In this document: in pieces, positions 62,870-64,000 of the stretch
How the letters are laid out: the number at the start of each line of letters is the position of its first letter
Numbering within the stretch: position 1 is the stretch's first letter
Origin: Malacoraja senta
Lineage: Eukaryota
Length of the DNA stretch: 64,000 nucleotides
Assembly: GCA_038087875.1 (NCBI GenBank)
Contig: CM075987.1
Coordinates: forward strand, 23,810,001 to 23,874,000
Direction: 5' to 3'
Position numbers and translations under genes: made by a program
Notes under the pieces: generated by a model
The model's database searches: none
Told to the model about the DNA's origin: nothing
Seen by the model: only the letters and a program-made list of their open reading frames with translations

Positions 62870-63350
62870 TACACTGAAGATAGACTTAAAATGCTGGAGT
62901 AACTCAGCGGGACAGGCAGCGTCTCTGGAGGAAAGGAATAGGTGACGCTTCGGGACGAGACCCATCTTCAGACTGAGAGTCAGGGAGGGGGAAACTAGAG
63001 GTATGGGAAGGTACACAACAAATCAGTGACTCAGGAAAGGTGGAGCCCACAATGGTCCATTGTTGGCTCTGGACGAGGGGACAACGAAGGAATACAAACG
63101 GTGAAATTAGCAAGAGCATTAGGGTGGAGAAGGGACGGAGAGAGAGAGAGGGAAAGCAAGGGTTACTTGAAGTTAGAGAAATTCAACATTCATGCCGCCA
63201 GGTTGTAAGCTGCCAAAGTGAAATATGAAGTGATGTTTCCTCCAATTTGCGTGTGGCCTCACTCTGACAGCGGAGGTGGTGGAGGAGGCTCATGGCAGAA
63301 AGGTTAGTGTGGCAGTAGGAAGGGGAGTTACAATGTGAACTAGAAGCATA
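62870..63350 (-). mobile_element. Penelope-like element 3' fragment, antisense
   Basis: pLTR followed by the reverse complement of GIY-YIG C-terminal sequence (aattcaacattcatgccgccaggttgtaagctgccaaagtgaaatatg). Confidence 0.75.
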
Positions 63351-63521
63351 GCCTGTGTGGGAAGGAACTGGTTTACACCGAAGATAGACACAAAATGCTG
63401 GAGTAGCTCAGCGGGGAAGGCAGCGTCTCTGGAGAGAAGGAATGGGTGACTGAAGAAGGGTTTCGACCCGAAACGCCACCCATTCCTTCTCTCCAGTGAT
63501 GCTGGCTGCCCCGCTGAGTTA

Positions 63522-63853
63522 AGGCCCTGTCCCACTTTCCCGAGTTACTCACAAACTCTCCCGGGTTTTCCCCTTGATTCGATCGCGGGGAACGTCGGGT
63601 AATGTCGGTAGCGAGCTCGTAGGAGCCCGATGGAGCCCGTAGTTGTTTCGTAGCGGCTCGTAATGCCAGCCGTAGGAACTCGGGGCATCAGGTAAGTCGG
63701 GACGTTTTTTTCAACATGTTGAAAAATGTCCACGAGTTTAAAAAAAATAGCCCCGAGTACCTACGAATGGCTATTACCGTAATTCTCCGAGTTCGAATCA
63801 AGGGGAAAACTCGGGAGAGTTTGTGAGTAACTTGGGAAAGTGGGACAGGCCCT
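63522..63853. mobile_element. PIF/Harbinger-type MITE inserted in a Penelope-derived element
   Basis: TIR aggccctgtcccactttcccgagttactcacaaactctcccg; TTA TSD. Confidence 0.87.
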
Positions 63854-64000
63854 TTACTCTGGCATTTTGTGACTTATCTTAGAAGCACAGTCTTACGGGC
63901 ATTTGGAATCCACTCCTTCACCCGATTAGAACACAGCCCTACCGAGGTCTCTCTACTCACCGGGACTCTCACTCCGGAAGAGTTGATGCAGTGCATTGAG

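Noticed and set aside
63420..63500. Hammerhead with a long helix I at 63450
   Set aside because: The extended pairing comes from the fold-back arms, and the cleavage triplet is GCC rather than NUH, so it is probably inactive

Overview
Eukaryotic, repeat-dense vertebrate DNA. The repeat complement (HE1-type tRNA-derived V-SINEs, CR1/HER1-type LINEs, Penelope-like elements) points to a cartilaginous fish, probably a skate or ray (inference). Two genes lie in tandem on the + strand. The first is the 3' half of VAV2: 19 coding exons from 1540 to the stop at 39847, covering the end of the DH domain, PH, C1 and SH3-SH2-SH3. These include a 15-nt SHGKM microexon, two further 20/25-nt microexons and a 90-nt cassette exon. 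The second is SARDH: a putative CpG-rich promoter/first exon near 45.0-45.2 kb, then a 200-N gap that must hide most of the gene, then the last five coding exons (49552-57144). Four coding lesions (three 1-nt deletions, one in-frame TGA) occur in otherwise well-conserved exons and are most likely consensus errors. Non-genic highlights are a large family of short Penelope-derived insertions carrying a minimal hammerhead-ribozyme core (including a 3x55-nt tandem array and fold-back copies with ~9-16 bp TSDs), five PIF/Harbinger-type MITEs with TNA TSDs, a 128-bp locally templated inverted duplication, and a ~470-bp CR1 hairpin just downstream of the microexon. Most ORFs in the supplied track are spurious translations of repeats. 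Exon boundaries were counted by hand, repeat boundaries are approximate, and comparisons with mammalian proteins are from memory, not computed.
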